A DNA stretch of 64,000 bases from Candidatus Omnitrophota bacterium (GTDB taxonomy: Bacteria; Omnitrophota; Gorgyraeia; Gygaellales; Profunditerraquicolaceae). This document shows positions 29,907 through 42,320 of this stretch, piece after piece. Position numbers and translations under genes: made by a program. Location: contig QZKH01000006.1 of the NCBI GenBank assembly GCA_003598025.1, forward strand, positions 44,035 to 108,034, read 5' to 3'. A model generated the notes under the pieces. It saw only the letters and a program-made list of their open reading frames with translations, was not told the origin of the DNA and made no database searches. Positions within the stretch are counted from its first letter, which is position 1; each line of letters starts with the position of its first letter.

Positions 29907-31646
29907 ATGATAAAGTTAAAAGGCATAGCAGCAGCTTCCGGCATAAGCATAGCCAAAGCTTACAGGCTTGATAAGGAAGAACTTGTTGTGCCAAAAGAAA
30001 AAATCAGCCCTGAAGAAGTGCCTATACAGATACAGATGTTCGAAGAGGCACTCATCCAGACCCGCAGAGAGATCATGGAGCTGCAAAAGAAGATAGATAT
30101 TGAAATGGGCCAGGAGCAGGCTGAGATTTTTGACGCACATTTGTTGGTTCTTGAAGACAGGATGATCATCGAAGAGGTGATTTTCCGCCTCAAAAAAGAG
30201 CTGATGAACGTGGCCTATATTTTTTCAGAAGTATTAAAGAAATATATAGATGTATTTTCAAAGATCGAAGATGAATATTTAAAAGAAAGAACAGCTGATG
30301 TAAACGATGTCGGCAAGCGTATTCTGCGTAATTTACTTGGCAAGAAAAAAATAACTCTGGGAGATACCGGTGAAAAGGTGGTAGTTGTGGCACATGACCT
30401 TTCGCCTTCCGATACTGCGGCGATGCGTAAGCAGAATGTATGCGGTTTTATCACTGATATTGGAGGCAAGACTTCCCATACCGCAATTATGGCTAAGGCG
30501 CTGGAGATTCCCGCAGTAGTCGGTGTGGAGGAAGCAACAAGCAGGATTAAAAGCGGTGATTTAGTTATAGTTGACGGCAGCATGGGTATGGTTATTGTTA
30601 GCCCTGAGCAGGATACACTTATTGCCTATCAGAAAGAGGAGCAGAAGCTAAAAGGTATTATCGAGAGGTTCTTATCTGTAAAAGAGCTGCCGGCAAAAAC
30701 CCTGGACGGTAAGCTGGTAGAGATCAATGCTAATATTGAGCTTCCTGACGAGGTCCCTTCAGTCAAATTGCACGGTGCACACGGAATAGGCCTGTACCGC
30801 ACCGAATTTTTTTATATGAACAGAAAAGACCTGCCTTCAGAAGAAGAGCATTATCAGGCCTATAAATTTGTCGCCGAGGAGATGAATCCTTATCCGGTTA
30901 TTATAAGGACTTTGGATTTAGGGGGAGATAAATTTTTGTCCCATTTTGATATACCGCAGGAAATGAAATCTTTCCTGGGATGGCGCGCCATAAGATTTTG
31001 TTTGGCTAGACCCGACATATTCAAAGCACAGCTGCGGGCAATATTAAGGGCATCTGTACATGGTAAACTGAAATTGATGTATCCGATGATTTCCGGGATT
31101 GAAGAGGTGCGCCAGGCCAATAAAATACTGGAAGAATTGAAAGGGGACTTAAATAAACAAGGGATACCTTTTGATAAAGATATAGAAATAGGCGCAATGA
31201 TCGAGGTGCCCTCAGCAGCTATAACTGCTGACTTGCTGGCTTCTGAAGTTGATTTCTTCAGCATAGGCACAAACGACCTTATACAGTATTCTATCGCCGT
31301 AGACCGTACCAACGAAAAAGTGGCATATCTTTATGAGCCTACACATCCTGCGGTGCTAAGGATGATAAAGAATATTATACGGGCAGGGCACGATGCCGGT
31401 ATTTGGGTCGGTATGTGCGGTGAGATGGCAGGAGAGCCTGCTTTTGCTTTACTTCTTATGGGGCTGGGTTTGGACGAATTCAGTATGCCGGCATCGATGA
31501 TACCGGAAATAAAATACATAATTCGTTCAATCACCTTACAGCAGGTAGAGGATATGGCAGATGAAGCTCTTAAACTGCCTACGGGTAAACAGGTTGAAGA
31601 TTTTATCCAAACGAAACTAAGGGAAATCCTGAAACAAACTTCTTAA
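29907..31646 (+). CDS. ptsI: PTS enzyme I
   Basis: GGKTSHTAIMA, GIGLYRTEF, RTLDLGGDK, SIGTNDLIQY, MCGEMAG. Confidence 0.96.
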   Translation: MIKLKGIAAASGISIAKAYRLDKEELVVPKEKISPEEVPIQIQMFEEALIQTRREIMELQKKIDIEMGQEQAEIFDAHLLVLEDRMIIEEVIFRLKKELMNVAYIFSEVLKKYIDVFSKIEDEYLKERTADVNDVGKRILRNLLGKKKITLGDTGEKVVVVAHDLSPSDTAAMRKQNVCGFITDIGGKTSHTAIMAKALEIPAVVGVEEATSRIKSGDLVIVDGSMGMVIVSPEQDTLIAYQKEEQKLKGIIERFLSVKELPAKTLDGKLVEINANIELPDEVPSVKLHGAHGIGLYRTEFFYMNRKDLPSEEEHYQAYKFVAEEMNPYPVIIRTLDLGGDKFLSHFDIPQEMKSFLGWRAIRFCLARPDIFKAQLRAILRASVHGKLKLMYPMISGIEEVRQANKILEELKGDLNKQGIPFDKDIEIGAMIEVPSAAITADLLASEVDFFSIGTNDLIQYSIAVDRTNEKVAYLYEPTHPAVLRMIKNIIRAGHDAGIWVGMCGEMAGEPAFALLLMGLGLDEFSMPASMIPEIKYIIRSITLQQVEDMADEALKLPTGKQVEDFIQTKLREILKQTS

Positions 31647-31663
31647 TTTAATATTCAAACGCC

Positions 31664-32419
31664 ATGAAAGCTTTAATATTAGCCGCCGGTTATGCAACCA
31701 GGCTTTACCCTTTGACTAAGGATTTTCCGAAACCTTTGCTTAAGGTCGGAGATAAGCCTATTATAGATTATATCGTTGAGAAGTTGGAAGGCATCCCGGG
31801 CCTGGACGAAATATTCATAATAACAAACAGCAAGTTTATTTCTATTTTCAGGAAATGGGCAAAAAGCAGGAGCTTTAAGAAGAAAGTAACCCTGGTTGAT
31901 GATTTGACTAAAAGCAATGAAACTAAGCTTGGCGCGATCGGCGATATGGATTTTGCAATAAATAAAACTAAGATCAAAGATGATCTGCTAGTTGTCGGGG
32001 GAGATAATCTTTTTGAGGATGATTTTCATGATTTCTTGCGCTTTGTAAGTTTGCGTAAAGCAAAGCCCGTAATAGGCATTTATGATTTAAAAAACAGAAA
32101 AAAGGCTTCTAACTACGGTGTTGTAAAGTTGGGCAGTAGCGGCAGGATATTGAATTTTAATGAAAAGCCAAAAAAACCCGATTCGACGCTAGTGGCAATG
32201 TGCGTTTATTATTTCCCTAAGATAAAACTTAAATTAATAAAACGTTATTATTCAGATAAGACAACTAAAAGAGATGCAACCGGATTCTATATCGACTGGT
32301 TGAGAAGACATGATGAAGTTTATGGTTTTATATTTAGCGGCAGGTGGTTTGATATAGGCCATTATAAATTCTACAACGAAGCAAACAGGGTTTTTTCTAA
32401 CAAAAAGGGGGAGAGATGA
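31664..32419 (+). CDS. Sugar-phosphate nucleotidyltransferase family protein
   Basis: [15 protein letters not shown]...PKPLL, GGDNLF, EKP, WFDIG. Confidence 0.88.
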   Translation: MKALILAAGYATRLYPLTKDFPKPLLKVGDKPIIDYIVEKLEGIPGLDEIFIITNSKFISIFRKWAKSRSFKKKVTLVDDLTKSNETKLGAIGDMDFAINKTKIKDDLLVVGGDNLFEDDFHDFLRFVSLRKAKPVIGIYDLKNRKKASNYGVVKLGSSGRILNFNEKPKKPDSTLVAMCVYYFPKIKLKLIKRYYSDKTTKRDATGFYIDWLRRHDEVYGFIFSGRWFDIGHYKFYNEANRVFSNKKGER

Positions 32420-33585
32420 CATTGCGGAAACATTTTTTTACTTCTGAATCAGTGGGTGAGGGACACCCGGATAAACTTTGCGATCAGATATCCGATGGAG
32501 TTTTAGATGAAGTCTTAAGACAGGATCCATATGGTAGGGTAGCTTGCGAAACTTACGTTACTATGGGTTTATTGATTGTTGGCGGGGAGATCACGACAAC
32601 TGCATATGTCGATATACAGAGACTTGCCCGCAAGATCATCGGTGAGATAGGCTATAGCCACCAGAAATACGGCTTTGATTATCATACCTGTGCCATAGTC
32701 AATACGATAAACAGCCAGTCTCCAGATATAGCGCAGGGTGTTAATACCGGAGGTGCAGGAGACCAGGGTTTTATGGTAGGCTATGCATGCAAAGAGACGG
32801 ATGAATTAATGCCTCTGCCGATCATGCTGGCGCATAAGTTGGTTAAGCGTACAGCTGATGTAAGAAGGGACGGCACATTGAAATACCTGGGGCCGGATTG
32901 CAAATCCCAGGTGACTGTTGAATACCATGATGGCCATCCGAAAAGAGTAGATTCTGTTGTTCTTGCTTGCCAGCATACCGAAGATATATTGGATGCATCC
33001 AAGAACAAGATTACTAAAAAAGCCAGGCAAGAGCTTATAGATACCATAGCAAGGCCTATATTGAAAGAATATATAGATAAGGACACCAAGTATTTTATTA
33101 ACGAGACCGGAAAGTTTGTCGTAGGCGGGCCGCAGTCAGACACTGGTATGACAGGCAGAAAAATAGTCGTAGATACTTATGGCGGCGCAGCTGCTCCCGG
33201 CGGAGGGGCTTTCTCGGGCAAGGACCCGACAAAGGTTGACCGTTCGGCAGCCTATATGGCAAGATATATCGCTAAAAATATCGTTGCCGCAGGTTTAGCT
33301 GATAAATGCCTTGTGCATTTGGCTTATGTCATAGGTAAAGCTGATCCGTTAGCTATAATGGTTGATACCTCAGGTACCGGAAAATTACCTGAAGCATCTT
33401 TTGTAAAGCTTATCAGGGATAATTTTGAGCTTACCCCTAAAGGCATGATAAAGTCGCTGGAATTATTAAGGCCTATATATAAGAAAACGGCCTGTTACGG
33501 ACATTTTGGAAGAACAGAGCCTGAGTTTAGCTGGGAATTAACCGATAAAGCACAGGCTTTAAAGAAGCAGGCTGCTAGATTATAA
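32416..33585 (+). CDS. metK: S-adenosylmethionine synthetase
   Basis: [45 protein letters not shown]. Confidence 0.98.
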   Translation: MTLRKHFFTSESVGEGHPDKLCDQISDGVLDEVLRQDPYGRVACETYVTMGLLIVGGEITTTAYVDIQRLARKIIGEIGYSHQKYGFDYHTCAIVNTINSQSPDIAQGVNTGGAGDQGFMVGYACKETDELMPLPIMLAHKLVKRTADVRRDGTLKYLGPDCKSQVTVEYHDGHPKRVDSVVLACQHTEDILDASKNKITKKARQELIDTIARPILKEYIDKDTKYFINETGKFVVGGPQSDTGMTGRKIVVDTYGGAAAPGGGAFSGKDPTKVDRSAAYMARYIAKNIVAAGLADKCLVHLAYVIGKADPLAIMVDTSGTGKLPEASFVKLIRDNFELTPKGMIKSLELLRPIYKKTACYGHFGRTEPEFSWELTDKAQALKKQAARL

Positions 33586-33660
33586 GAGAGTTAAAATACC
33601 AAAACAGGGTATTTAAATTCTGATTTTTGGTATTTGTAAATTTTAAGATAAGGAGTTTTT

Positions 33661-34920
33661 ATGAACTATGATATAAAGGATGTTAAGCTGGCTAAAAAAG
33701 GCAACCTGAGGATAGAATGGGCTCGCAAGAGCATGCCAGTTTTATCTTCAATAACCGCAAGATTCCTGAAGCAAAAACCGCTGAAAGGGCTGAAGGTTGC
33801 TGCCTGTTTACATGTTACTACCGAGACAGGCGTTCTTATGGAAGCTTTAAAGGCAGGGGGTGCAAATATATATTTGTGCGCATCAAATCCCTTATCAACA
33901 CAGGATGATGTCGCAGCTTCCCTCGTCAAAGACCTCGGCATCTCGGTATTTGCGATTAAGGGAGAGGATACAAAGACTTACTATAAGCACATACAGTCAG
34001 TTTTGGCGACTAAACCCGATATCACAATGGATGATGGCGCAGATTTAGTCGGGACTATCCATCATTCCGAGAAGTCTGTTTATAAAAATATAATAGGCGG
34101 TACCGAAGAGACCACTACTGGAGTAATAAGATTAAAGGCCTTGGCTGCGGAAGGAAAACTGCGCTATCCGATAATTGCTGTAAATGATGCCCAGACAAAA
34201 CACTTGTTTGATAATAGATACGGTACTGGTCAATCAACCCTGGATGGTATAATCCGGGCAACAAATAAATTGATAGCAGGCTCCAGTTTTGTAATCTGCG
34301 GATATGGGTGGTGCGGCAAGGGCGCTGCAATGCGTGCTAAAGGCATGGGCGCAAGAGTCATTGTTGTGGAAGTAAACCCGTTACGCGCTCTTGAAGCGAC
34401 TATGGACGGCTTTGACGTAATGCCCATAAAAGATGCTGCTCGAATAGGAGATATTTTTTTGACCGTAACCGGAGATATCAACGTAATACGTAAAGAGCAT
34501 TTTCTGGTTATGAAAGACGGCTCAATTGTTTGTAATACCGGTCATTTTAATGTAGAGATAGATATCCCCGCGCTTAAAAAGCTTAGCTGTAAACAAAGAG
34601 CGATAAGGGATTTTGTCGAAGAATATACATTAAGGAAAAACAAGAACCGGATTTATCTGTTGGGTGAAGGACGTCTTATAAACCTTGCCGCAGCAGAGGG
34701 CCATCCGGCATCAGTTATGGATATGTCTTTTGCTAACCAGGCGCTGTCTGCAGAATATATTATGAAGCATCACGAAGGCCTGGGAAATGACGTATACAAA
34801 GTGCCTGAAGATATAGATAAGAACATCGCCAAATTGAAGTTGAGTTCAATGGGCATAAAAATAGACCGGTTGACTGAAGAACAGGTAAAATACCTTTCTA
34901 GTTGGGAAGCGGGGACGTAA
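33661..34920 (+). CDS. ahcY: Adenosylhomocysteinase
   Basis: [48 protein letters not shown]. Confidence 0.97.
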   Translation: MNYDIKDVKLAKKGNLRIEWARKSMPVLSSITARFLKQKPLKGLKVAACLHVTTETGVLMEALKAGGANIYLCASNPLSTQDDVAASLVKDLGISVFAIKGEDTKTYYKHIQSVLATKPDITMDDGADLVGTIHHSEKSVYKNIIGGTEETTTGVIRLKALAAEGKLRYPIIAVNDAQTKHLFDNRYGTGQSTLDGIIRATNKLIAGSSFVICGYGWCGKGAAMRAKGMGARVIVVEVNPLRALEATMDGFDVMPIKDAARIGDIFLTVTGDINVIRKEHFLVMKDGSIVCNTGHFNVEIDIPALKKLSCKQRAIRDFVEEYTLRKNKNRIYLLGEGRLINLAAAEGHPASVMDMSFANQALSAEYIMKHHEGLGNDVYKVPEDIDKNIAKLKLSSMGIKIDRLTEEQVKYLSSWEAGT

Positions 34921-34925
34921 ATAGC

Positions 34926-35885
34926 ATGAAAAGAATAGGGGTTATGACTTCTGGCGGGGAAAGTTCCGGGATGAATGCGGCTATCCGCAGTGTAGTGCGT
35001 TTTGCCCTGCATAATAAAATTGAAGTCATGGGTATTTTCCGCGGCTTTAAAGGATTAATAAATGAAGAAATCAAGCTTTTGAACCATCGCTCAGTGTCAA
35101 ATATCATCAATCTTGGAGGGACTATCCTTAAGACTTCGCGTTGCCCTGAATTTTTGAGCGAAGAGGGCCAGAGAAAAGCTGTTGACGTAATAAAAAAGAA
35201 TAAAATCGAGGGTTTAATTTTAATCGGTGGAAACGGTACCTATAATGGAGCAATAGCCCTTAACCGAAAATGGCAGGTTCCATGTATCGGTGTCCCGGGA
35301 ACAATTGACAATGATATCAGCGGCACGGATTTTACTATTGGCTCTGATACTGCCGTAAACGTCGCACTTGACGCATTGGATAAGATACGCGATACGGCAA
35401 CATCAATGGAAAGGATTTTTGTCGTTGAGGTGATGGGCAGGGAGAGCGGCTTCATTGCTCTTCAGACAGCAGTTGCCGGAGGCACTGAAGAAGTATTATT
35501 ACCGGAAAAAAAGTTTGACCTGCATAAAATGTGTGAGGAGATAGTAGAAGGCAACCTAATTGGCAAAATCAGCTGGATAATAATAGTTGCTGAGGGCGCT
35601 GCCAAAGCCGCCGAGATAGCATCCCAGATTAATAGTATTACGGGGCTTGAAACCAGAGAAGTGGTGCTCGGGCATATTCAGAGGGGCGGAAGGCCTACTG
35701 CACGAGATAGGATTATTGCTACCAGCCTTGGTGTAGCAGCCGTTGAGCTCCTTTTAAAAGGAGAACAGGGCAAAGCTGTGGGTATTGTTTCGAATGAAGT
35801 AAATATTGTGGATCTGGAATATGCAATAAAGAAAAAAGAACTTAAAATCGATAAGCTGTACAATTTGATTAAAATCTTGACTTAA
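34926..35885 (+). CDS. pfkA: 6-phosphofructokinase
   Basis: TSGG...GMNAAIR, GGTILKTSR, PGTIDND, VEVMGR, LGHIQRGG. Confidence 0.95.
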   Translation: MKRIGVMTSGGESSGMNAAIRSVVRFALHNKIEVMGIFRGFKGLINEEIKLLNHRSVSNIINLGGTILKTSRCPEFLSEEGQRKAVDVIKKNKIEGLILIGGNGTYNGAIALNRKWQVPCIGVPGTIDNDISGTDFTIGSDTAVNVALDALDKIRDTATSMERIFVVEVMGRESGFIALQTAVAGGTEEVLLPEKKFDLHKMCEEIVEGNLIGKISWIIIVAEGAAKAAEIASQINSITGLETREVVLGHIQRGGRPTARDRIIATSLGVAAVELLLKGEQGKAVGIVSNEVNIVDLEYAIKKKELKIDKLYNLIKILT

Positions 35886-35906
35886 GTTTGGAAAGGAGTT
35901 TTTACC

Positions 35907-37232
35907 ATGGGTAGAAGGCCGGTTGATGCTGAAAAATTGATAATTGATTTAGTAATGAATGATGATTTGAAAATCAAGAAAGATATCGCCAAGAAGATAC
36001 TCGATATAGCATATAAAAAAGGTATTTATCCGTCAAGTATTCACGAATTATATATGGCAAGAGGCAGAGGCGAATTCAAGGGGTTTACTGTCCCGGCAAT
36101 AAACTTAAGGACGATGACCTATGATTTGGCGCGGGCGATATTCAGGGTAGCAAAAAGGAACAATAGTGGAGCTTTCATTTTTGAAATTGCAAAGTCAGAA
36201 ATGGGATATACCGCACAGCCGCCTGTTGAATTCTCCTCGGCAGTTTTAGCAGCGGCGATAAAAGAAGAATACGCAGGCCCGGTTTTTATACAGGGGGATC
36301 ATTTCCAGGTAAATCACAAGAAATTTTCCGAGAACCCCGATAAGGAGCTGGAAGGTTTAAAGGCATTAATCCAAGATGCTATCTCAGCAGGTTTCTATAA
36401 TATTGATATCGATTCTTCCACTTTAGTAGACTTGTCTAAAACTGATATCAAGAAACAGCAGTACCTGAATTTTGAGGTCTGTGCTAAACTCACCCAATAT
36501 ATCCGTCAGGTACAGCCTCGGGGCGTGGAGATATCGGTAGGCGGAGAAATCGGTGAAGTAGGGACTAAAAATTCTACGCCGGAAGATTTGCATGCATTTA
36601 TGACGGGTTTTAGAGAGAGGCTTCGTAAAGGAAGGGTCGGCATAAGCAAGATAAGTATACAGACCGGGACTTCACACGGAGGAGTTGTTTTGCCTGATGG
36701 CTCTATAGCTTCGGTGAAGCTTGATTTTGATACCTTAAAGAATCTTTCTGAGATTGCAAGGAAAGAATACGGGCTTGCCGGGGCAGTGCAGCATGGTGCA
36801 TCTACCCTGCCATCGGAGGCATTCCATAAATTTGCAGAAGTTGATGCTGCTGAAGTCCATCTGGCAACGGAATTCCAGAACATGATCTATGATTCCAGGC
36901 ATTTCCCTGCAGACCTTAAAGCAAGAATGTATGAATGGCTTAAAGTAAACGCTGCTTCGGAAAGGTCCGAGGGCCAGACAGACGAACAGTTTTTCTATAA
37001 GGCAAGGAAAAAAGCTTTGGGTGCTTTTAAAAAAGATATTATGGGTTTGCCAAAAGAGATAAGAGATGCTATAACTACTGAAGTAGAAGGCAAGTTTGAA
37101 TTTTTATTTAAGCAGTTGAATAATCTGAATAATAAAGATTTAGTAGATAAATTTATAACCCTGAAAAGAGTCATAATACGCAAGTCCCAGGAAGGCCCTG
37201 ATGTTGTGCATGACGGGGAAGGGGCAGATTAG
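35907..37232 (+). CDS. Class II fructose-bisphosphate aldolase family protein
   Basis: TVPAIN, QGDH, GEIGEVG, GTSHGG, VQHGAS. Confidence 0.85.
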   Translation: MGRRPVDAEKLIIDLVMNDDLKIKKDIAKKILDIAYKKGIYPSSIHELYMARGRGEFKGFTVPAINLRTMTYDLARAIFRVAKRNNSGAFIFEIAKSEMGYTAQPPVEFSSAVLAAAIKEEYAGPVFIQGDHFQVNHKKFSENPDKELEGLKALIQDAISAGFYNIDIDSSTLVDLSKTDIKKQQYLNFEVCAKLTQYIRQVQPRGVEISVGGEIGEVGTKNSTPEDLHAFMTGFRERLRKGRVGISKISIQTGTSHGGVVLPDGSIASVKLDFDTLKNLSEIARKEYGLAGAVQHGASTLPSEAFHKFAEVDAAEVHLATEFQNMIYDSRHFPADLKARMYEWLKVNAASERSEGQTDEQFFYKARKKALGAFKKDIMGLPKEIRDAITTEVEGKFEFLFKQLNNLNNKDLVDKFITLKRVIIRKSQEGPDVVHDGEGAD

Positions 37233-37259
37233 TAAATTTCTGCTTTCGCAGAAATTTAC
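37232..37259. terminator. Perfect 12-bp hairpin after aldolase
   Basis: GTAAATTTCTGC-TTTC-GCAGAAATTTAC; lacks a strong U-tract. Confidence 0.5.
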
Positions 37260-37338
37260 AGTTCATAGTTCATAGTTGATGGTTCATGGCTGATAGAATG
37301 ATATATCTATGATCTATGAACTATGATCTATGAACTAA
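37258..37338. repeat. Inverted heptamer-array element, copy 5
   Basis: AGTTCAT AGTTCAT AGTTGAT GGTTCAT GGCTGAT AG ... CTATGAT CTATGAA CTATGAT CTATGAA CTAA. Confidence 0.9.
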
Positions 37339-37352
37339 TATAAGGAGACGAT

Positions 37353-39005
37353 ATGCGTTCAGACAAGATAAAAAAAGGAATTGAGAGAATTCCTCACCGA
37401 GCGCTTTTACACGCAACCGGATTATCCCGTAGGGATTTTGATAAGCCATTTATCGGAGTGGCCACGTCTTTTACAGATTTAATCCCTGGGCATATCGGTA
37501 TGCGTGATTTAGAGCGGTATATCGAGCGCGGGGTTTGTTACGGCGGAGGTGTCCCGTTTTTCTTTGGCGTTCCTGGTATATGTGACGGTATTGCTATGGG
37601 GCACCTAGGCATGTGCTATCCTTTAGCGCTCCGGGAAATTATTGCCGATACAATCGAAACTGTCTGTAATGCGCACAGCCTAGATGGGTTAATTTGTTTA
37701 ACTAACTGCGATAAAATCACTCCCGGTATGCTTATGGGTATCGCCCGCCTGAATATCCCGGCGATAATAGTTACCGCAGGCCCGATGATGTCAGGCCGCT
37801 ATAATAAAAGGAAGCTTGCTTTTGTCCACGATACGTTTGAGGCGGTAGCAAAGGCAAAAAAGGGCCAAATTGGCAGCGAAGAATTAGTTTGCCTTGAAAT
37901 GGAAGCCTGCCCCGGTGCCGGCTCATGCCAGGGATTATATACTGCAAACACAATGGCATGCCTTACGGAGACTATGGGTATGTCACTGCCCGGATGCGGG
38001 ACTGCTTTGGCAGTTTCCGCGAAAAAACGCAGGATCGCCCAGGCAAGCGGAGAGCGTATAGTGGAATTAGTCAGGAAAGATATTAAGCCGCGTGATATAA
38101 TTACAAAGAGGTCAATTGAGAACGCAATTGCTGTAGATATGGCTTTGGGCGGTTCAAGTAATACTGTCCTGCATATAATGGCTATTGCCCATGAGGCAGG
38201 ATTAGCTTTTAATTTAAAGAGTTTTGACGAGATCAGCAGGAAAGTCCCCCATATAACCAATCTTGAGCCGGCAGGGGAGCATTTTATGGAAGACCTTGAA
38301 TATGCCGGAGGCATACCTGCAGTATTAAAGAGATTGAAATCTAAATTGCATAATTGCCCGACTCTATCCGGCAAGAGTACATTTGATATCGCGGATGACG
38401 CTGTTATTTTTGACGATAGCGTTATCAGGAAATCCGATAATGCTTACCATAAGGAAGGCGGCATCGCAGTTCTGTTCGGTAACCTTGCGCCGAATGGCGC
38501 AGTCGTAAAACAGGCGGCAGTGAGTGTAAAGATGATGAAATTCACCGGACGTGCCAGGGTATTTAACCGTGAAGAAGAGGCTATGAAGGCGATCCTTGGC
38601 GGCCAGATTAAAGGCGGCAGCGTAGTCGTTATCCGCTATGAAGGCCCGGCAGGCGGACCGGGAATGCGCGAGATGCTTGCTCCTACTGCAGCTATTGTAG
38701 GGGGCGGTTTGTCTGATTCAGTCGCTTTAATTACGGATGGAAGATTTTCCGGAGGCACAAAAGGGCCGTGCATTGGTCATGTTTCTCCTGAAGCCAGCGC
38801 AGGCGGGCCCATTGCAGTCATTCAAGACGGAGATATAATTACGATTGATATTCCAAACAGAAAGCTGGAAGTAAAATTAAGCGATGCAGAAATAAAAAAG
38901 AGATTAAAGAATGTAAAGATAGTCCCTCCAAAGATTACAACCGGGTATTTATCAAGATATTCCCGGCTGGTTACTTCGGCGGATAAGGGTGCAATTTTAA
39001 GTTGA
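37353..39005 (+). CDS. ilvD: Dihydroxy-acid dehydratase
   Basis: [56 protein letters not shown]. Confidence 0.97.
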   Translation: MRSDKIKKGIERIPHRALLHATGLSRRDFDKPFIGVATSFTDLIPGHIGMRDLERYIERGVCYGGGVPFFFGVPGICDGIAMGHLGMCYPLALREIIADTIETVCNAHSLDGLICLTNCDKITPGMLMGIARLNIPAIIVTAGPMMSGRYNKRKLAFVHDTFEAVAKAKKGQIGSEELVCLEMEACPGAGSCQGLYTANTMACLTETMGMSLPGCGTALAVSAKKRRIAQASGERIVELVRKDIKPRDIITKRSIENAIAVDMALGGSSNTVLHIMAIAHEAGLAFNLKSFDEISRKVPHITNLEPAGEHFMEDLEYAGGIPAVLKRLKSKLHNCPTLSGKSTFDIADDAVIFDDSVIRKSDNAYHKEGGIAVLFGNLAPNGAVVKQAAVSVKMMKFTGRARVFNREEEAMKAILGGQIKGGSVVVIRYEGPAGGPGMREMLAPTAAIVGGGLSDSVALITDGRFSGGTKGPCIGHVSPEASAGGPIAVIQDGDIITIDIPNRKLEVKLSDAEIKKRLKNVKIVPPKITTGYLSRYSRLVTSADKGAILS

Positions 39006-39072
39006 TAATCAGCAGTATAATACTGTGTACAGCGGACTGCTGATTATAAGTTTTTTAACGGAGTGAAGGTAA

Positions 39073-40737
39073 ATGACCGGAGCAGAGATATTAATTGAGT
39101 GTCTAAAGAGAGAAGGCGTGGATGTGATGTTTGGCTATCCGGGTGGCCAGATACTGCCTACATTTGATAAACTTTATGATTCTGACCTGAAGCTTATACT
39201 TGTGCGCCACGAGCAGGGCGCAGCGCATGCTGCCGATGGTTATGCCCGTGCAACCGGAAAGCCCGGAGTTTGCCTTGCTACGAGCGGTCCGGGTGCGACA
39301 AATCTTATTACGGGTATTGCAACTGCCTACATGGATTCAGTCCCTATGATAGCGATTACCGGACAGGTAAAATCTCATTTAATCGGAAACGATGCTTTTC
39401 AGGAAGCGGATGTTACAGGCATTACTCGGCCGATAACTAAGCATAATTACCTGGTTAAGGATGTCAAGGAGCTGGCGCAGATTATACGGGAAGCGTTTTA
39501 TATCGCGACTTCCGGTAGGCCGGGGCCTGTGTTGATAGATATACCCAGCGATGTGCAGATTGCCGAAACAGAATTTATCTGGCCTGAAAAAGTGGATATG
39601 CGCAGTTATAAGCCTACATATTTCGGCCACCCCGGGCAAATCAAAAAAGCAACTAAGCTTGTTGCTTTAGCTAAGCGTCCGCTGTTATATATAGGCGGAG
39701 GAATAATCATCAGCCAGGCCAGTAACGTATTGAGGGAATTTGCAGAGAAGACCAGAATACCGGTTACCTGGACGCTGATGGGCATAGGAGGTTTTCCGTC
39801 CAGCCATGAACTTTCTCTGGGGATGCTTGGTATGCATGGGACAGCTTACGCAAACCATGCCATAATGGAAGCAGATTTGATAATTGCCGTGGGTGCGCGT
39901 TTTGATGATAGAGTGACCGGCAGGCTTGATGCCTTTGCCCCAAAAGCAAAAATAATCCATATTGATATAGACCCTTCTTCTATAAGCAAGAACGTCCATG
40001 TTGATATACCTATTGTCGGAGACGCAAAAAATATTTTAGGGGAATTCCTGGAACAGATGAAGAAATTCCCCGATACTTCTGATTGGCTTGAGATGATAAG
40101 TTCCTGGAAAAAGAAGCATCCTTTAAGGTATAAAATGGAAGGCAAAATCAAGCCTCAATATGTCATTGAGCAGCTGTGCGAAGCCACAAAAGGAGAAGCA
40201 GTTATCGTTACCGAAGTCGGGCAGAACCAGATGTGGGCAGCACAGTGGTACAAATATAATCATCCGCGGACATTTATCTCAAGCGGCGGATTAGGTACGA
40301 TGGGTTTTGGTTTTCCAGCAGCTATGGGCGCTAAAGTCGGCTGCCCTGATAAAGTGGTTGTCGATATTGCCGGAGACGGCTCTATACAAATGAATATTCA
40401 AGAACTGGCTACTTGTATTTGTAATAATATAAATGTTAAAATATTTATATTGAATAATGGTTATCTTGGCATGGTGCGCCAATGGCAGGAGCTTTTTTAT
40501 AAAAAGCGGTATTCTCATACTTGTATTTCCGGGCCGGATTTTGTCAAACTGGCAGAAAGTTTCGGGGCTGTAGGGATAAGGGTTACCAAGAATGAAGATG
40601 TCCGTCCTGCAATCGAGAAGGCGCTTTCTACCGATAATACCGTGCTTATTGATTTTCAGATAGAGCAGGAAGAGAATGTCTTTCCTATGGTTCCAGCCGG
40701 AGAGGCATTAAACAGGATGATAGAAGGGCTGGCGTAA
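39073..40737 (+). CDS. ilvB: Acetolactate synthase large subunit
   Basis: [54 protein letters not shown]. Confidence 0.97.
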   Translation: MTGAEILIECLKREGVDVMFGYPGGQILPTFDKLYDSDLKLILVRHEQGAAHAADGYARATGKPGVCLATSGPGATNLITGIATAYMDSVPMIAITGQVKSHLIGNDAFQEADVTGITRPITKHNYLVKDVKELAQIIREAFYIATSGRPGPVLIDIPSDVQIAETEFIWPEKVDMRSYKPTYFGHPGQIKKATKLVALAKRPLLYIGGGIIISQASNVLREFAEKTRIPVTWTLMGIGGFPSSHELSLGMLGMHGTAYANHAIMEADLIIAVGARFDDRVTGRLDAFAPKAKIIHIDIDPSSISKNVHVDIPIVGDAKNILGEFLEQMKKFPDTSDWLEMISSWKKKHPLRYKMEGKIKPQYVIEQLCEATKGEAVIVTEVGQNQMWAAQWYKYNHPRTFISSGGLGTMGFGFPAAMGAKVGCPDKVVVDIAGDGSIQMNIQELATCICNNINVKIFILNNGYLGMVRQWQELFYKKRYSHTCISGPDFVKLAESFGAVGIRVTKNEDVRPAIEKALSTDNTVLIDFQIEQEENVFPMVPAGEALNRMIEGLA

Positions 40738-40744
40738 TTAGAGG

Positions 40745-40823
40745 ACAGTTCACAGTTGACAGTGCATAGCTTCTTGTTAGTTTTGCTTAGCCTGTGAACT
40801 GTAAACTGTGCACCGTGAACTAA
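40745..40823. repeat. Inverted heptamer-array element, copy 6
   Basis: ACAGTTC ACAGTTG ACAGTGC ATAG ... CTGTGAA CTGTAAA CTGTGCA CCGTGAA CTAA. Confidence 0.88.
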
Positions 40824-40824
40824 A

Positions 40825-41298
40825 ATGAAACATACAATCTCACTACTCGTTGAAAACAAATTCGGGGTACTGGCACGCATCGCCGGGCTATTTAGTGCCA
40901 GGGGGTATAATATTTCATCTTTGGCAGTTTCTCAAACATTGGATCCATCTGTTTCCTATATGACAATAGTAGTCGATGCTAAGGATGAGAATGTGCTGGA
41001 GCAGATAAAAAAGCAGTTGAATAAATTGATTGATGTGATTGTTGTTACTGATTTCACAAAGAAAGACCATGTTGAACGCGAGATGATACTGGTTAAAGTC
41101 GAATATTCTGCCAAAAACAAACACAAACTTGAAACAACGCTTAAGAAATACGTTTCAAAGATAATCAAGTATAAATCAAATACCGCTATAATTGAAGCAG
41201 CCGGAGAGGAAGAGCAGATAAAAAAGCTTCTTTCTGAGCTTCAGGATTTCGGGATTAAGGAATTAGTCAGGACGGGGAAATTAGCAATTGGGTATTAA
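40825..41298 (+). CDS. ilvN: Acetolactate synthase small (regulatory) subunit
   Basis: LVENKFGVLARIAGLFSARGYNISSL, QIKKQLNKLIDV, ELVRTG. Confidence 0.94.
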   Translation: MKHTISLLVENKFGVLARIAGLFSARGYNISSLAVSQTLDPSVSYMTIVVDAKDENVLEQIKKQLNKLIDVIVVTDFTKKDHVEREMILVKVEYSAKNKHKLETTLKKYVSKIIKYKSNTAIIEAAGEEEQIKKLLSELQDFGIKELVRTGKLAIGY

Positions 41299-41316
41299 TT
41301 TATAAAGGAGGGAGCA

Positions 41317-42309
41317 GTGATAAAGATATATTACGACAAAGACGCTGATTTAGGCATTTTAAAGGATAAGACTGTCGCAATAATCGGTTACGGTATACAG
41401 GGCAGGGGACAAGCTCTTTGCCTCCGTGATTCAGGATGTAATGTAATAGTTTCGGAATTACCAGGCACGGTTAATTATGAGCAGGCTTTAAACGACGGTT
41501 TTAAGCCCGTGCCGGTTGAAGAAGCGGCAAAACAAGCTGATATTATTCAGATCCTTACACAGGATCATGTTCAGGCTAAAGTCTACAATGAAAAAATAAA
41601 GCCCAACCTTAAAAAAGGTAAAGCATTATGTTTTTCTCACGGTTTTAATATCCATTTTAAGCAGATAAAACCGCCAAAGACAGTTGACGTATTCATGATC
41701 GCTCCTAAAGGCCCGGGCGCATTGGTAAGAAGAATGTTTGAAGAGGGCAAAGGTGTGCCTTCTCTGGTAGCTATATTTCAGGATGCAACAGGAAATGCCC
41801 TAAAAATAGCTCTGGCTTACGCAAAAGGACTGGGCGCGACCAGGGCAGGGGTAATCGAAACTACGTTTAAAGAAGAGACGGAGACTGATCTTTTTGGGGA
41901 GCAGGCGGTTCTTTGCGGCGGGGTAACAGAATTGATCAGGGCTGGTTTTGATACTTTGGTTGAAGCAGGTTATCAGCCTGAAATCGCCTATTTTGAAGTG
42001 CTCCACGAATTAAAACTTATCACTGATTTGATACAGGAGCGTGGTATAAGCGGTATGCGCAGGGGCGTTTCTAATACTGCCTGTTACGGAGACCTGACAA
42101 GAGGTAAAAGGATAATCACAGAGAAAACAAGAAAAGAGATGAAAAAGATCCTAAAAGAGATACAGAAAGGCAAGTTTGCCAAAGAGTGGATAAAAGAGAA
42201 TGAAGAAGGCAGGCCCAATTTCAACAAGCTGATTGCCGAGGGCGATAATCATCAGATTGAAAAGGTTGGTAAGCAGTTAAGAGAGATGATGCCTTGGATG
42301 AAGAAGTAA
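41317..42309 (+). CDS. ilvC: Ketol-acid reductoisomerase
   Basis: [40 protein letters not shown]. Confidence 0.97.
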   Translation: MIKIYYDKDADLGILKDKTVAIIGYGIQGRGQALCLRDSGCNVIVSELPGTVNYEQALNDGFKPVPVEEAAKQADIIQILTQDHVQAKVYNEKIKPNLKKGKALCFSHGFNIHFKQIKPPKTVDVFMIAPKGPGALVRRMFEEGKGVPSLVAIFQDATGNALKIALAYAKGLGATRAGVIETTFKEETETDLFGEQAVLCGGVTELIRAGFDTLVEAGYQPEIAYFEVLHELKLITDLIQERGISGMRRGVSNTACYGDLTRGKRIITEKTRKEMKKILKEIQKGKFAKEWIKENEEGRPNFNKLIAEGDNHQIEKVGKQLREMMPWMKK

Positions 42310-42320
42310 GTCACAGGATA

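Noticed and set aside
27911-31646. PTS cluster without EIIB/EIIC as a novel system
   Set aside because: Regulatory EI-HPr-EIIA sets linked to yvcK are widespread.
39005-39047. 12-bp inverted repeat between ilvD and ilvB as an amino-acid attenuator
   Set aside because: No leader peptide or T-box motif; most simply an mRNA-stabilising or weak terminator hairpin.
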